DNA from: Minisyncoccota bacterium
GTDB lineage: Bacteria; Patescibacteriota; Minisyncoccia; Phycocordibacterales; Phycocordibacteraceae
Reading direction: 5' to 3'
Length of the DNA stretch: 64,000 nucleotides
Assembly (NCBI GenBank): GCA_036405415.1
Contig: DASWXP010000002.1
Span: 208,351 to 272,350 of the forward strand
The notes below the pieces were generated by a model. That model saw only the letters and a program-made list of their open reading frames with translations, searched no databases and had not been told where the DNA came from. The position numbers were made by a program, and so were the translations under genes. Of the stretch, positions 26,380 through 36,325 are shown piece after piece. Position 1 is the first letter of the stretch; each line of letters opens with the position of its first letter.

Positions 26380-28752
26380 ATGGCTAAACGGCTTCTTATC
26401 GTAGAGTCGCCTGCAAAGGCGCGCACCATCCAGCAATACCTCGGCAAGGAGTACGAGGTGCTTGCGTCCGTGGGTCACGTCCGCGACCTCCCGAAATCGA
26501 ATAAGGACGCCGTGGATATCGAGGATGGCTTCGTCCCGAAGTACGTGATATCCGCTGACAAGCGCGAGGTTATCGAGAAGATCGCGAAGGCCGCAGAGAA
26601 GGCCGAGGAGATATATCTTGCGACTGACCCCGACCGCGAAGGCGAGGCTATCGCCTGGCACGTGAAGGAAGCGGCGAAACTGAAGAAGCCGCAGCGCGTA
26701 GTCTTCCACGAAATCACAAAGGCTGCTGTCGAAGAAGCGCTCGCGCATCCGCGCGCAATCGACGAACACCTGCGCCGCGCGCAGGAAGCGCGCCGCGTGC
26801 TCGACCGCCTCGTGGGCTACGACCTCTCCGGCCTCATATGGAAGAAGGTGCGCTACGGGCTTTCCGCAGGACGCGTGCAGTCTCCCGCGCTCCGCATCCT
26901 CGCTGAGCGCGAGCGCGAGATCCAGGCGTTCGTGCCTGAGACGTACTACACGCTGGACGCCGTGTTCAAGGGGAAGAGCGAATTCCCTGCCGCGTGCGTC
27001 AAGGAGCCTACCGACCCGAAGGAAGCGGAACGCATCGTGAACGAAGGACGCGCTGCGTCCTGGACCGTTGCGGAAGTGAAGGAGCGCTCCGAAGAACGTC
27101 AGCCGCGCCCGCCGTTCACCACCTCAACCCTTCAGCAGGCAGCCTCAACCCGCCTCGGCTTCTCTCCTTCGCGCACCATGCGCGCCGCGCAGAAGCTATA
27201 CGAGGCCGGACACATCTCGTACATGCGTACCGACTCCGTGAATCTCGGAGCCGACGCCAAGGCGGCGCTCGCCCGCGCGGTGGAGGGTCAGTTCGGCAAG
27301 GATTATGTCGAGGTGCGCGCGTACCAGACTAAGAGCAAGAACGCGCAGGAAGCGCACGAAGCGGTGCGTCCTACGGACCCGAGCCGCGAGAATGCGGGCG
27401 CTACCGGCGACGAGCAGGCGCTCTATACCCTGATCCGCACCCGCGCTATGGCAAGCCAGATGGCATCCGCGAAACTTCAGCGCACGAGCGTGAAGGCGAA
27501 GGCAAACTGCGATATCCCGCTCTTCTCCGCTACGGGTTCCCGCGTCACGTTCCCAGGATGGCTTGCGCTTGATACGAGGGCGCGTGGCGAAGACGTCGAG
27601 CTTCCGAAACTCGTTGAAGGCGAACCGCTCACGCTCATCTCCCTCGGCTCTCTTGAGAAGCAGACCGAGCCGCCGAATCGCTACACCGAAGCGGGGCTCG
27701 TGAAGGAGCTCGAGAAGCGCGGCATCGGCCGCCCGTCTACCTACGCGTCCATCATGAAGACTATCCAGGACCGCGGCTACGTTGAGAAGACCGGACGCAC
27801 CCTCACCCCCACTGCTACCGGCATGGTCGTCTCCGGATGGCTCGAAGAGCATTTCGCGGACTACATATCTGATTCGTTCACGGCAGAGATGGAGGACGAA
27901 CTCGACGAGATCGCGCGCGGCGAGCGCGGGTACGAGGCAACCCTCTCCGAGTTCTACGGTCCGTTCTCGAAGGCCGTGAAGGCCAAGGATTCGCTCCCGA
28001 AAGCTACCTCACTCGGCGCGGTTCCTGAAGAATTTACCTGCCCGCTCTGCGGAAGCCCCATGGAGTTCAAGCTCGGACGCGGCGGCGTATTCATGAGCTG
28101 CACCCGCTACCCGGAATGCGAAGGCGCGCGCCAGGAGGACGGGACGGAACTCAAGGGCGACGAGCCTATCGGGAACGATCCTGCTACCGGCGCCCCTATC
28201 TTCGTTAAGACCGGACGCTACGGCCCGTACGTAGAGATGGAGCTTCCTGAAGAGGAGAAGCCGGTTGAGCTCACGAAGGCCGGGAAGCCGAAGAAAAGCC
28301 GCGGACGCCCGAAGAAGGCACTCAAGCGCGCAAGCATCCCGCCTGGTACCGACCTCTCGTCAGTGACGCTCGCCGACGCGCTCCACTACCTCTCGCTGCC
28401 GCGCGAGCTCGGGAACCATCCCTCGACCGGAAAGCCGGTTATGGCGAATGTGGGCCGCTTCGGTCCGTACGTGGGACACGACGGCGAGTTCCGTTCACTC
28501 AAGGGCGCGGACGATCCGTACACGATCACGCTTGATCGCGCAGTAGAGATCCTCGCGGAACCGAAGCGTCCGCCGAAGGGTGTCGACATCGTGCGGGAGG
28601 TCGGCAAGCACCCGAAGACCGGAAAGTCGATCGTGCTGTACAAGTCGAAAGCCGGGCTCTTCTTGAAGAAAGGCCTCCGCCGCATCTATCTCCCTGAAAG
28701 CCAAGATGCGGACAAGCTCTCACCCGAAGAGGCATCAGAATACTTAAAATAG
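26380..28752 (+). CDS. topA: DNA topoisomerase I
   Basis: IVESPAKA, ATDPDREGE, SAGRVQS, ISYMRTDS, GIGRPSTY; Zn finger and C-terminal repeats. Confidence 0.97.
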   Translation: MAKRLLIVESPAKARTIQQYLGKEYEVLASVGHVRDLPKSNKDAVDIEDGFVPKYVISADKREVIEKIAKAAEKAEEIYLATDPDREGEAIAWHVKEAAKLKKPQRVVFHEITKAAVEEALAHPRAIDEHLRRAQEARRVLDRLVGYDLSGLIWKKVRYGLSAGRVQSPALRILAEREREIQAFVPETYYTLDAVFKGKSEFPAACVKEPTDPKEAERIVNEGRAASWTVAEVKERSEERQPRPPFTTSTLQQAASTRLGFSPSRTMRAAQKLYEAGHISYMRTDSVNLGADAKAALARAVEGQFGKDYVEVRAYQTKSKNAQEAHEAVRPTDPSRENAGATGDEQALYTLIRTRAMASQMASAKLQRTSVKAKANCDIPLFSATGSRVTFPGWLALDTRARGEDVELPKLVEGEPLTLISLGSLEKQTEPPNRYTEAGLVKELEKRGIGRPSTYASIMKTIQDRGYVEKTGRTLTPTATGMVVSGWLEEHFADYISDSFTAEMEDELDEIARGERGYEATLSEFYGPFSKAVKAKDSLPKATSLGAVPEEFTCPLCGSPMEFKLGRGGVFMSCTRYPECEGARQEDGTELKGDEPIGNDPATGAPIFVKTGRYGPYVEMELPEEEKPVELTKAGKPKKSRGRPKKALKRASIPPGTDLSSVTLADALHYLSLPRELGNHPSTGKPVMANVGRFGPYVGHDGEFRSLKGADDPYTITLDRAVEILAEPKRPPKGVDIVREVGKHPKTGKSIVLYKSKAGLFLKKGLRRIYLPESQDADKLSPEEASEYLK

Positions 28753-28991
28753 AGAGCGGCCCCGGAATCGGGGCCGCTTCTGTACGCGTTACGCGCAGAG
28801 TCGTTCAGGAGCTGCAGGAACACCGGCAGGTTGCCGGGGCTTGAGCTCGAGCGGATGCTGGCAGCGGTCGGTATTGATTGAACGACCGCGCCTATGAAAA
28901 ACCCTGCAGAAAGGACACGGGGATACAAAAGGCAGTACCATCTACTTGCTCCCTCCGTTGCGTGAATCTCATCAAACAGTATCCTTACGTT

Positions 28992-30584
28992 ATGACCACC
29001 GTCAAGGAAATCCTAGCGCAGACGAGCGGTCTCTCGCCTGAGGACGAGGCGCTCGTAGAAAAGGCATACGCTTTCGCGGAGAACGCGCACAAGGACCACA
29101 AGCGGTATTCAGGAGAGCCCTACTTCACGCACCCGGCCGCAGTAGCCAAGCAGCTTGCCGAGTTCGGCATGGACGCGCCCACCATCGCCGCAGCCTTGCT
29201 CCATGACTCTATCGAAGACGTAGGCGTCACCCCGGAAGAGATAGACCGGGAATTCGGCCCCGAGGTCCTTTTCCTCGTCGAAGGCGTCACCAAGCTCGGA
29301 AAGCATAAGTATCAGGGCGGAGAGCGCCACGCAGAGAGCCTGAGACGCCTTCTGGTTGCGACCGCGAGCGACGTGCGCGTGCTCATCGTGAAGCTCGCGG
29401 ACCGGCATCACAACATGACCACCCTCGTGCATGTGCCTGAGGAGAAGCGGCGACGCATCGCGCTCGAGACCTTGGAGATCTACGCGCCGATCGCAGACCG
29501 GCTTGGAATGGGAGCGCTCAAGAAGGAGCTCGAGGACCTCGCGTTCCCTGCCATAGACCCGGACGCGCACCAGCACGCGATCGAAGTCCGCAAGCTCAAG
29601 AATAAGGAGACCGAGCAGGGACTCGCGCGCGCCCAGAAGAACCTCCAGCACGCGCTCGTGAAGAAGGGACTCACCGACTTTTCCACGTCTGTCCGTATGA
29701 AGGGGCTTTGGAGCCTCCACCAGAAACTGAAGCGCAAAGGCGACGACATCACGCGCATCTATGACATCGCGGCGCTCCGCGTAATCGTACCGACCGTAGA
29801 CGACTGCTACACCGCACTTGGCGTGATTCATGCGCTCTGGAAGCCGCTTCCGGGCGAGTTCAAGGACTACATCTCCTTCCCGAAACCGAACGGCTACCAG
29901 TCCCTCCATACCACGGTCATGACAGGCGAGGCTGGAATCGTTGAGATGCAGGTACGCACCCGCGACATGCATCAGCGCGCGCAGTTCGGTATCGCGTCCC
30001 ATATGTCATACAAGTCGCTCGAGAAGAGCGCCGGCAAGCGCGCCTTCCAGCGGCTCTCCTTCCCGTGGATCAGGGATCTCGTGCCGGCGCTCCTCAACAT
30101 GAAGAAGATCGCTCCACAGAACCATGACGCGCCTGACGTGCCGCGCTGGCTCACGGACCTCAAGGAGGCGCATGCCGAAGCGACCGAGACCGACGAGTTC
30201 GTAGAGGGGCTCAAGTCAGACTTCTTCTCGCACCGCATCTTCGTGTTCACCCCGAACGGCGACGTCATCGACCTCCCTACCGAATCCACGCCGATAGATT
30301 TCGCCTATGCCATCCACAGCGACCTCGGAGACCATATGCAGGGCGCGAAAGTGAACGGGAAGCTGGTATCCTTCGACACGAAGCTCAGGAACGGCGACGT
30401 CATCGAGGTATTGAAATCGAAGTCTGCGCACCCAACCGCAAAATGGCTCGACTACGCGCGCACGAGCATGGCACGCCGCCATATCCGGAACGCGCTCGAC
30501 ATCGAGGCCCGCGGCAGGCCGCATGCGGAGAGCGTAAAGCCAAAGCGCTCCCCGAAGGAGCGCAAGCAGAAGAAGGTGAAGTAG
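28992..30584 (+). CDS. rel: RelA/SpoT-family (p)ppGpp synthetase/hydrolase (HD-SYNTH-TGS, no ACT domain)
   Basis: SGEPYFTHP, LLHDSIED, KLADR.HN, PKPNGYQSLHT, DFAYAIHS..G...GAKVNG. Confidence 0.93.
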   Translation: MTTVKEILAQTSGLSPEDEALVEKAYAFAENAHKDHKRYSGEPYFTHPAAVAKQLAEFGMDAPTIAAALLHDSIEDVGVTPEEIDREFGPEVLFLVEGVTKLGKHKYQGGERHAESLRRLLVATASDVRVLIVKLADRHHNMTTLVHVPEEKRRRIALETLEIYAPIADRLGMGALKKELEDLAFPAIDPDAHQHAIEVRKLKNKETEQGLARAQKNLQHALVKKGLTDFSTSVRMKGLWSLHQKLKRKGDDITRIYDIAALRVIVPTVDDCYTALGVIHALWKPLPGEFKDYISFPKPNGYQSLHTTVMTGEAGIVEMQVRTRDMHQRAQFGIASHMSYKSLEKSAGKRAFQRLSFPWIRDLVPALLNMKKIAPQNHDAPDVPRWLTDLKEAHAEATETDEFVEGLKSDFFSHRIFVFTPNGDVIDLPTESTPIDFAYAIHSDLGDHMQGAKVNGKLVSFDTKLRNGDVIEVLKSKSAHPTAKWLDYARTSMARRHIRNALDIEARGRPHAESVKPKRSPKERKQKKVK

Positions 30585-31607
30585 TTAGACCGTGAAGTTG
30601 CGGACCGAATAGAGATCCTCTTCGGGCTGCTGCGGAGGCTGCGGATTCTCCGCAGCGCTCGGAAGTATCGGCGCCTCTTCAACCGGCTCCGCTGGCGTCG
30701 GTTCTGTAGGATCCGCGATTGGCTGCTCTGCTTCAGCGAGAAGTGCCGCTTCGCGGGTCGCGAGCATCGCGGCGATATGCGAGAGGTCGTCCGGCGAGAA
30801 GAACTCGATCAAGAGACGTCCGCCGTTCGGACGATTCTCGATGAGGACGCGCGTTCCGAGCGTCTCCGTGAGGGACTTCTCAAGCGCCATCATCTCCGGC
30901 GTCTTGTCGTGCTTCCTGATCTTGTCCTGCGCGAGGCGGCGCGCCATCTGCTCAACCATGCGCACCGACGTCTTCTTGAGGACGATCTCCTTGAACAAGG
31001 TGTCCCGCTCTTCCGGCTTGTCGTTGAGCATGAGAAGCGCACGCGCGTGACCTTCGGAAAGCTCCTTGCCTACGACCGCCTGCTGGATGGCTTCCGGAAG
31101 GAGGAGGAGGCGGATGGAATTGGATACGTACTCGCGCGAGCGCCCGATCTTTGCGCCTACTTCCGCATGCGAGAGTCCGAAGGTCTCGACGAGCTGCGCG
31201 AGCGCCTTTGCGCGATCGATAGCGTTGAGATCCTCGCGCTGAAGGTTCTCGATGATGGCGAGCTCGAGCTTCATCTTGTCGCTCTGCTCGCCTGCACGGA
31301 TCACCACCGGCACCTCCTTGAGGCCAGCGAGCTTGGATGCGCGCAGACGGCGCTCTCCGGCGATAAGCTCGTACGCGGACTGGATGCCGCCGTCTGATTT
31401 CTCCACTTCCTTCCTCGTAACCACGAGTGGCTGGAGCACCCCGTACTGCCGAATGGATTCCGCGAGCGCCTTCAAGCGCTCCTCGTCGAACTCGAGGCGC
31501 GGCTGGTACGGGTTCGGCTCGATGCGATCAACCGCCACCCAGAAGATGGAGTCGTACTTCGTAGGCTCCGCGAACTTCTGCGGAGGATTCTGAGGATTCC
31601 CAAACAT
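30585..31607 (-). CDS. parB: ParB/Spo0J partition protein
   Basis: PNPYQPR, GVLQP, IAGERRLRA, ENLQREDL, HTH, GHARALL. Confidence 0.95.
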   Translation of the reverse strand: MFGNPQNPPQKFAEPTKYDSIFWVAVDRIEPNPYQPRLEFDEERLKALAESIRQYGVLQPLVVTRKEVEKSDGGIQSAYELIAGERRLRASKLAGLKEVPVVIRAGEQSDKMKLELAIIENLQREDLNAIDRAKALAQLVETFGLSHAEVGAKIGRSREYVSNSIRLLLLPEAIQQAVVGKELSEGHARALLMLNDKPEERDTLFKEIVLKKTSVRMVEQMARRLAQDKIRKHDKTPEMMALEKSLTETLGTRVLIENRPNGGRLLIEFFSPDDLSHIAAMLATREAALLAEAEQPIADPTEPTPAEPVEEAPILPSAAENPQPPQQPEEDLYSVRNFTV

Positions 31608-31754
31608 AGAGGCATTGTAGCATCGCCGCTTAACTTTGCAGGAGGCCATCCTGTGCAGTACGATACGCGAGTGTTGATACGTCGACACGCACACGCGCTC
31701 GTACGCGAGCGCGCTTCGTTCGGACAGGAGAGGCGCCTCTCTTTGTCCGGGCAT

Positions 31755-31836
31755 GCCGGGGTGGCGGAGTTGGTATACGCGGCGGATTCAAAACCCGCTT
31801 CCTTACGGATCGAGGGTTCGAGCCCCTCCCCCGGCA
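31755..31836 (+). tRNA. tRNA-Leu(CAA)
   Basis: GCCGGGG acceptor, anticodon TT-CAA-AA, long variable arm, GGTTCGAG T-loop. Confidence 0.93.
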
Positions 31837-31881
31837 CAAAATTCTGTGGTACAGTGCGCCTGTTCGTAACAAGGGGGCGTT

Positions 31882-32049
31882 ATGCCGAATATTCCGCATC
31901 CGGAACTTCTGGTATTGACCATCGCAGCGCTGATGGTCGTTCTTTTTCTCTTCTTGAACAGGAAGGCGTTCTCGGGACCTAACCGGCTCGCCTCCTGCAC
32001 CAAGGAGCGCCTCGCGCAGATCCGGGCTTCCCGGACCGCGCAGGCCTAG
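31882..32049 (+). CDS. Small single-TM protein (55 aa), not in ORF track
   Basis: AAGGGGG RBS; MPNIPHPELLVLTIAALMVVLFLFLNRK...; followed by a terminator-like hairpin. Confidence 0.5.
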   Translation: MPNIPHPELLVLTIAALMVVLFLFLNRKAFSGPNRLASCTKERLAQIRASRTAQA

Positions 32050-32112
32050 TTCGCAGAATGCGGAAAACCGCCCGGAACCACGCATGGTTCCGGGCGGTTG
32101 TTGCGTCAGCCC

Positions 32113-32775
32113 CTAGATCTTGCCCACCAGATCCATCCCCGGCTCAAGCGTATCGTCTCCAGGCTCCCAGGATGCCGGGCATACCTGGCCCGCATGACTC
32201 TCCACGTACTGCGCGGCCTGGAGCTTGCGGAAGGTCTCCTTTGCCGCGCGGCCGATAGAGTTGTCATTCACCTCCATGGAGCGGAGCGTGCCCGAGGGGT
32301 CGATGATGAAGGTGCCGCGCAGCGCGAGACCCTCGTCAGGCGTGAGCTGGAGGTCGCCGCCCTCGATAAGCACGCCGAACGCGTCAGCGATCTTCCCGGT
32401 CGGATCAGCACCCATAGGGAACTCGATCTTCTTGATCGCAGGAGACGTATCGTGCCACGCCTTGTGCACGAACACGGTGTCGGTCGAGAAGGACACAACC
32501 TCTGCATTCACCGCCTGGAGCTTCGGGTAGAGAGCTGCCATCTCCTCGAGCTCGGTCGGGCACACGAACGTGAAGTCCGCCGGATAGAACATCATCACGA
32601 GCCACTTACCCCGGAAATCCGAGAGCTTCATGGGACGCATATCGCCCTTGTAGTACGCCTCGAACTCGTAGTCAGGAATCGTCTCACCTACGCGAACGCT
32701 GGTGCGGTATTCGCGATACGGATCATGGAAGTCGCCGCACTCGCTGCAATAGTTGCTTTTCTGTTCCTTATGCAT
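32113..32775 (-). CDS. ahpC: Peroxiredoxin AhpC (2-Cys)
   Basis: FYPADFTFVCPTE, RGTFIIDP, GR, VCPASW. Confidence 0.95.
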   Translation of the reverse strand: MHKEQKSNYCSECGDFHDPYREYRTSVRVGETIPDYEFEAYYKGDMRPMKLSDFRGKWLVMMFYPADFTFVCPTELEEMAALYPKLQAVNAEVVSFSTDTVFVHKAWHDTSPAIKKIEFPMGADPTGKIADAFGVLIEGGDLQLTPDEGLALRGTFIIDPSGTLRSMEVNDNSIGRAAKETFRKLQAAQYVESHAGQVCPASWEPGDDTLEPGMDLVGKI

Positions 32776-32820
32776 AGTCCTATGGTCGTTTAGTAGGGGC
32801 ATGATACCATTTTGCCCACC

Positions 32821-33663
32821 ATGAGTACTTCCGGGGACCCTTCCCCCATCATCTGCATCGCAGGCCCTACCGCGTCCGGGAAATCAAGGCGCGCCGTAGA
32901 GCTCGCCAAGGAACGGGACGGCGAGGTCATCTCCGTGGACTCGCGCCAGGTGTACCGGATGCTCGATATCGGTACGGAGAAGACCAGTAAAGAAGAGATG
33001 GATGGCATCCCGCACCACCTGATCGACATCATTGACCCCAAGGACACCTACAGCGCCGGTGATTTCGTGCGAGACGCGTCTCGGCTGATCGAGGAGATCC
33101 GGTCCCGCGGCAAGCAGCCAATCCTCGCTGGCGGAACCCATTTCTATTTCGATGCGCTCATATACGGACTGCCGGAAACCGCTCCTCAGAACCCAACATT
33201 GCGCGATGCGCTCGAGACGCGCTCCTGCGACTCGCTTATGGACGAACTGAGGACGCGAGATCCGCGACGCGCAGAACGTATCGATCCGAACAATAAGCGC
33301 CGCCTCATGCGCGCGCTTGAAATACTCGAGTCCCACGGACATGTCCCTGAACGCACTCTAGGGACGCCGAAGTATGAGATTGAATGGGTGCTCCTGAATC
33401 CTGAACGCGACGAGCTTAGAGCGCGCATTGCTGCGCGCCTCGAGAAGGCGCTTGAGAGCGGACTCATCGAGGAGACGAGACGCGTACGCGCATATGTAGG
33501 CGATACGCGCCTCAACGAGCTCGGGCTCGAATACAGGATCGTAGGCGAATACCTGCGCGAGGAACGCAGCGAGGAATCCCTTTTACCGTCCCTTTCTACC
33601 AAGGTCTGGCACTATGCGAGGCATCAGAAGGCATGGCTTCGTAAGATAGCCCAGGATTCCTAG
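32821..33663 (+). CDS. miaA: tRNA dimethylallyltransferase
   Basis: GPTASGKS, SVDSRQVYR.LDIGT, HHLID, GGT.FY, YARHQ..W. Confidence 0.95.
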   Translation: MSTSGDPSPIICIAGPTASGKSRRAVELAKERDGEVISVDSRQVYRMLDIGTEKTSKEEMDGIPHHLIDIIDPKDTYSAGDFVRDASRLIEEIRSRGKQPILAGGTHFYFDALIYGLPETAPQNPTLRDALETRSCDSLMDELRTRDPRRAERIDPNNKRRLMRALEILESHGHVPERTLGTPKYEIEWVLLNPERDELRARIAARLEKALESGLIEETRRVRAYVGDTRLNELGLEYRIVGEYLREERSEESLLPSLSTKVWHYARHQKAWLRKIAQDS

Positions 33664-34559
33664 CGTCCGCTTGGCGACCAGTGGACCGGATCGTCACGCA
33701 GCGTATTCCTAAAATTCCAGCGGTGGCCGTTATTCTTAAGCCAGTTGTACGTGCGCGTGTTACAGCTGCTGTTTCCGTTGCTGCACCCGACGTCAATATC
33801 TACCGCTTCGCCCGAATTATGGTTCGAGCCGTTGCCGCCGAGCGAGCATGGGCGCGCGACCGCGCCGATCTCGCTGCGCCTATTCCAGAGAGATACCTGG
33901 CTCGCTTCGGATCGGTAGGCACTCGTTACCTTGAGATCTATATTGTCTCTGGCTGCCGCTGCGCGCATCGCCATGAAATTGGTGACGGTCGCCTGCGTAG
34001 CTTTACCTGATCCACCAGCCACTGCAGCTGCCGGGAACGCAACCATAGTGGACTCATCCGCCGCAGGGCAGTTCGCGCCGGTACCCGTGACTACACGGTC
34101 ATCGACCTCGGCTCCCGGCGTCGCCGTTATGTTTCCGTCGAACAACGACTTGTTGTCCTTTGACTCGATGCATGAGGGACCTGACCCGTTAAGCAGGATC
34201 GTATTCCACGGACCGAACTGTCCTCCGTACAGCGTCTTCATCACGAAGTCCACAATGAGCCACGCGGAGAGGGTTATGAGAAGGCCCACGACGGCATTGA
34301 TGAGCATCTTGTTCGCGGTGCCGCGGTTCTCAGGATTCGTCGGCGACAGAACGTACAGGATGCCTCCCCACACGAGGATGATGGTCGCGAAGATGATCGC
34401 GATACCGATCGCGAAGTTCACTAAATTCTGAATGATGGCGAGCACCCCGCCGAATCCGCACGGACACTGGCGGCAGGCTTCCGGAACGATAGGACCGAAC
34501 TGCGCTTGCGCAGAAAGCGGCAGCAAGGCAAGAGCGATGAATAGCGCGGCGCGGGTCAT
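33660..34559 (-). CDS. VirB2/TrbC-like pilin fused to an M15 (D-Ala-D-Ala carboxypeptidase-like) Zn peptidase
   Basis: Signal peptide and two pilin TM segments (NAVVGLLITLSAWLIVDF); SAYRS, SNHNSGEAVD, DPVHW. Confidence 0.8.
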   Translation of the reverse strand: MTRAALFIALALLPLSAQAQFGPIVPEACRQCPCGFGGVLAIIQNLVNFAIGIAIIFATIILVWGGILYVLSPTNPENRGTANKMLINAVVGLLITLSAWLIVDFVMKTLYGGQFGPWNTILLNGSGPSCIESKDNKSLFDGNITATPGAEVDDRVVTGTGANCPAADESTMVAFPAAAVAGGSGKATQATVTNFMAMRAAAARDNIDLKVTSAYRSEASQVSLWNRRSEIGAVARPCSLGGNGSNHNSGEAVDIDVGCSNGNSSCNTRTYNWLKNNGHRWNFRNTLRDDPVHWSPSGR

Positions 34560-35107
34560 GGAAGTTCTACGGCGCCTTCACAGGAAGCGAACTCAAGATC
34601 GTAGTCAGGAGGATAGAGATCGTTCACGCCGGGACCTGCCACGACATTCGCATCGAGCTTGCAAAGGTCTGAGCGGGATATCTGCAATCTTTCAAGGAGC
34701 GCTTGTGCTGCCGCTTCGCGCGTCTCGCCGAGAGGTTCCGCCAGCAGCGTCACGAGGAACTCTCCTTGGGGCGAGTCCTGATCCGGCTCGATATACGTGA
34801 TGAGATAGGAATCCATCGGGCTTCCGGCAACCTGATACTCCTGCTGGCTTACCCAATCAGGCTGCGGAACGGCACTGAAGTCAGGGACACTGACCGTAGT
34901 GCCGTCGCTAAGCGCAAGGCTCCGCTCGCCACTCGCGATAGTGCCTGAGCCTATGCCGAGAAAAGGATTCTGACCTCCCGGCTGCTGAGACACTTCAGGA
35001 GACGCGTCTTTTGGAACGAGCACAACGTAGAGAATGCCGACCGCAAGCACCAGCAGGAGCAGGCCAGCTAGTATCATCCCTATTCCGAAGATTCTTGAGG
35101 AGTGCAT
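34556..35107 (-). CDS. Membrane-anchored hypothetical protein between the pilin fusions
   Basis: N-terminal TM; overlaps the downstream start (ATGA). Confidence 0.7.
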   Translation of the reverse strand: MHSSRIFGIGMILAGLLLLVLAVGILYVVLVPKDASPEVSQQPGGQNPFLGIGSGTIASGERSLALSDGTTVSVPDFSAVPQPDWVSQQEYQVAGSPMDSYLITYIEPDQDSPQGEFLVTLLAEPLGETREAAAQALLERLQISRSDLCKLDANVVAGPGVNDLYPPDYDLEFASCEGAVELP

Positions 35108-35126
35108 AGACGTATCGTACCACTTG

Positions 35127-36155
35127 CTATCGACCGAACTGGCAGCTCGGGTGGTCGACGCGCCGAGCATTCGGCACGCCGCAGCGCTGCGCGGAGCAGG
35201 CCCAGGCGCTCAGGTTAGAGGTATACAGGTTCTGCGCGGCGCGCGTATTCTTCGCCGGATTGAGCGCCGCGGCCGTACAACGATCGAAAAGTTCCTGATT
35301 CGTCACCCGCTGACTGCACCAGCCGACGCGACCCTGGTTGCGGATAGCATCTCCCGAGCACGGTCCGCTGAACGCAGCGCGGCAATCCATGCCCCAGCCA
35401 GCAGCCTCGGTGTCCGTAGTGGTGAGATTGATCTGCCACAGGCCCCAAGAATAGCTCGGTCCCCTGCCGCTATTGAGCTTGTCGGAACCGCTCGGCACCG
35501 AACGGCCGCCGCTCTCTTTGTTGCAGACGCGGGAGGCGTGCTCTCCGAGCGCTTCGAAGCGGGTGCCGCGCAGGCTCGCGAGGCTGCAAGGATGATTATC
35601 AATGACCGGCACGGAGCACTGGCCGCCGCCGGCCCTGCCGCCGCCCGGAAGCTGCATCGGGGTCCCCACGATGGTTCCCGAGAAGAGCGGCGTCGAGCTG
35701 GCTGCTACGACGCAGTAATCTCCGCCGGTTATGATCTCGTTCCATGGACCGAACCCGCCATTATCGTTGTAAAGAAGCTTCATCACGAAATCGACGATGA
35801 GCCACGCGGAGAGGATTATGAGGAGCCCTATCACGGCATTCGTGAGCACCTTCTTCGCCTGGGAATGATTCTCCGGATTCGTCGGCGTAAGGATCCAGAG
35901 CATGCCTGCGAACGCGATGATGAGCACGAAGATAACTATGCCAAAAGATATCGCGGCATTCATGCCGTTCTGAATGAGCTGCAGGAATCCTGCGAATCCG
36001 AGCGGAGCGCCTACGGGACAATCAGGATCAAGCTCATGCGCTTCAGGCACGAGCTGCCATTCCGGATCGAAGAGCGGCAGATTGGACTGCGCGCTTGCGA
36101 GCGCAGGTACGAGTAGAAGGAACGCGATAAGGAACGGAGCCCAGAGCCGCTTCAT
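35127..36155 (-). CDS. VirB2/TrbC-like pilin fused to a lytic transglycosylase/lysozyme-like domain
   Basis: Pilin region paralogous to 33660-34559; KESGG (catalytic Glu), SWGLWQIN, NPAKN..AA..LY; Cys-rich. Confidence 0.78.
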   Translation of the reverse strand: MKRLWAPFLIAFLLLVPALASAQSNLPLFDPEWQLVPEAHELDPDCPVGAPLGFAGFLQLIQNGMNAAISFGIVIFVLIIAFAGMLWILTPTNPENHSQAKKVLTNAVIGLLIILSAWLIVDFVMKLLYNDNGGFGPWNEIITGGDYCVVAASSTPLFSGTIVGTPMQLPGGGRAGGGQCSVPVIDNHPCSLASLRGTRFEALGEHASRVCNKESGGRSVPSGSDKLNSGRGPSYSWGLWQINLTTTDTEAAGWGMDCRAAFSGPCSGDAIRNQGRVGWCSQRVTNQELFDRCTAAALNPAKNTRAAQNLYTSNLSAWACSAQRCGVPNARRVDHPSCQFGR

Positions 36156-36232
36156 ACGTGCATTCTATCTTGGAGAATCACTCAAACATCATCCTTTTCC
36201 CCGACACGAGAATCTGCTATCGTGCGCGTACA

Positions 36233-36303
36233 GGGTCCATAGTTTAGTGGTAGAACATCGGTCTCCAAAACCGATAGTGTAGGTTCGATTCCTACTGGGC
36301 CCG
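36233..36303 (+). tRNA. tRNA-Trp(CCA)
   Basis: GGGTCCA acceptor, TCGGT-CT-CCA-AA-ACCGA, GGTTCGATTCC. Confidence 0.95.
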
Positions 36304-36325
36304 CCTTATTGAAGCAAGAAGCTTC

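Noticed and set aside
28992-30584. Truncated Rel, short DnaX and short IF-2 as pseudogenes
   Set aside because: Catalytic motifs are intact with clean stops; consistent with streamlined CPR proteins.
36233-36303. Alternative genetic code (UGA recoding)
   Set aside because: The tRNA-Trp anticodon is CCA, TGA terminates genes normally and conserved genes are uninterrupted in code 11.
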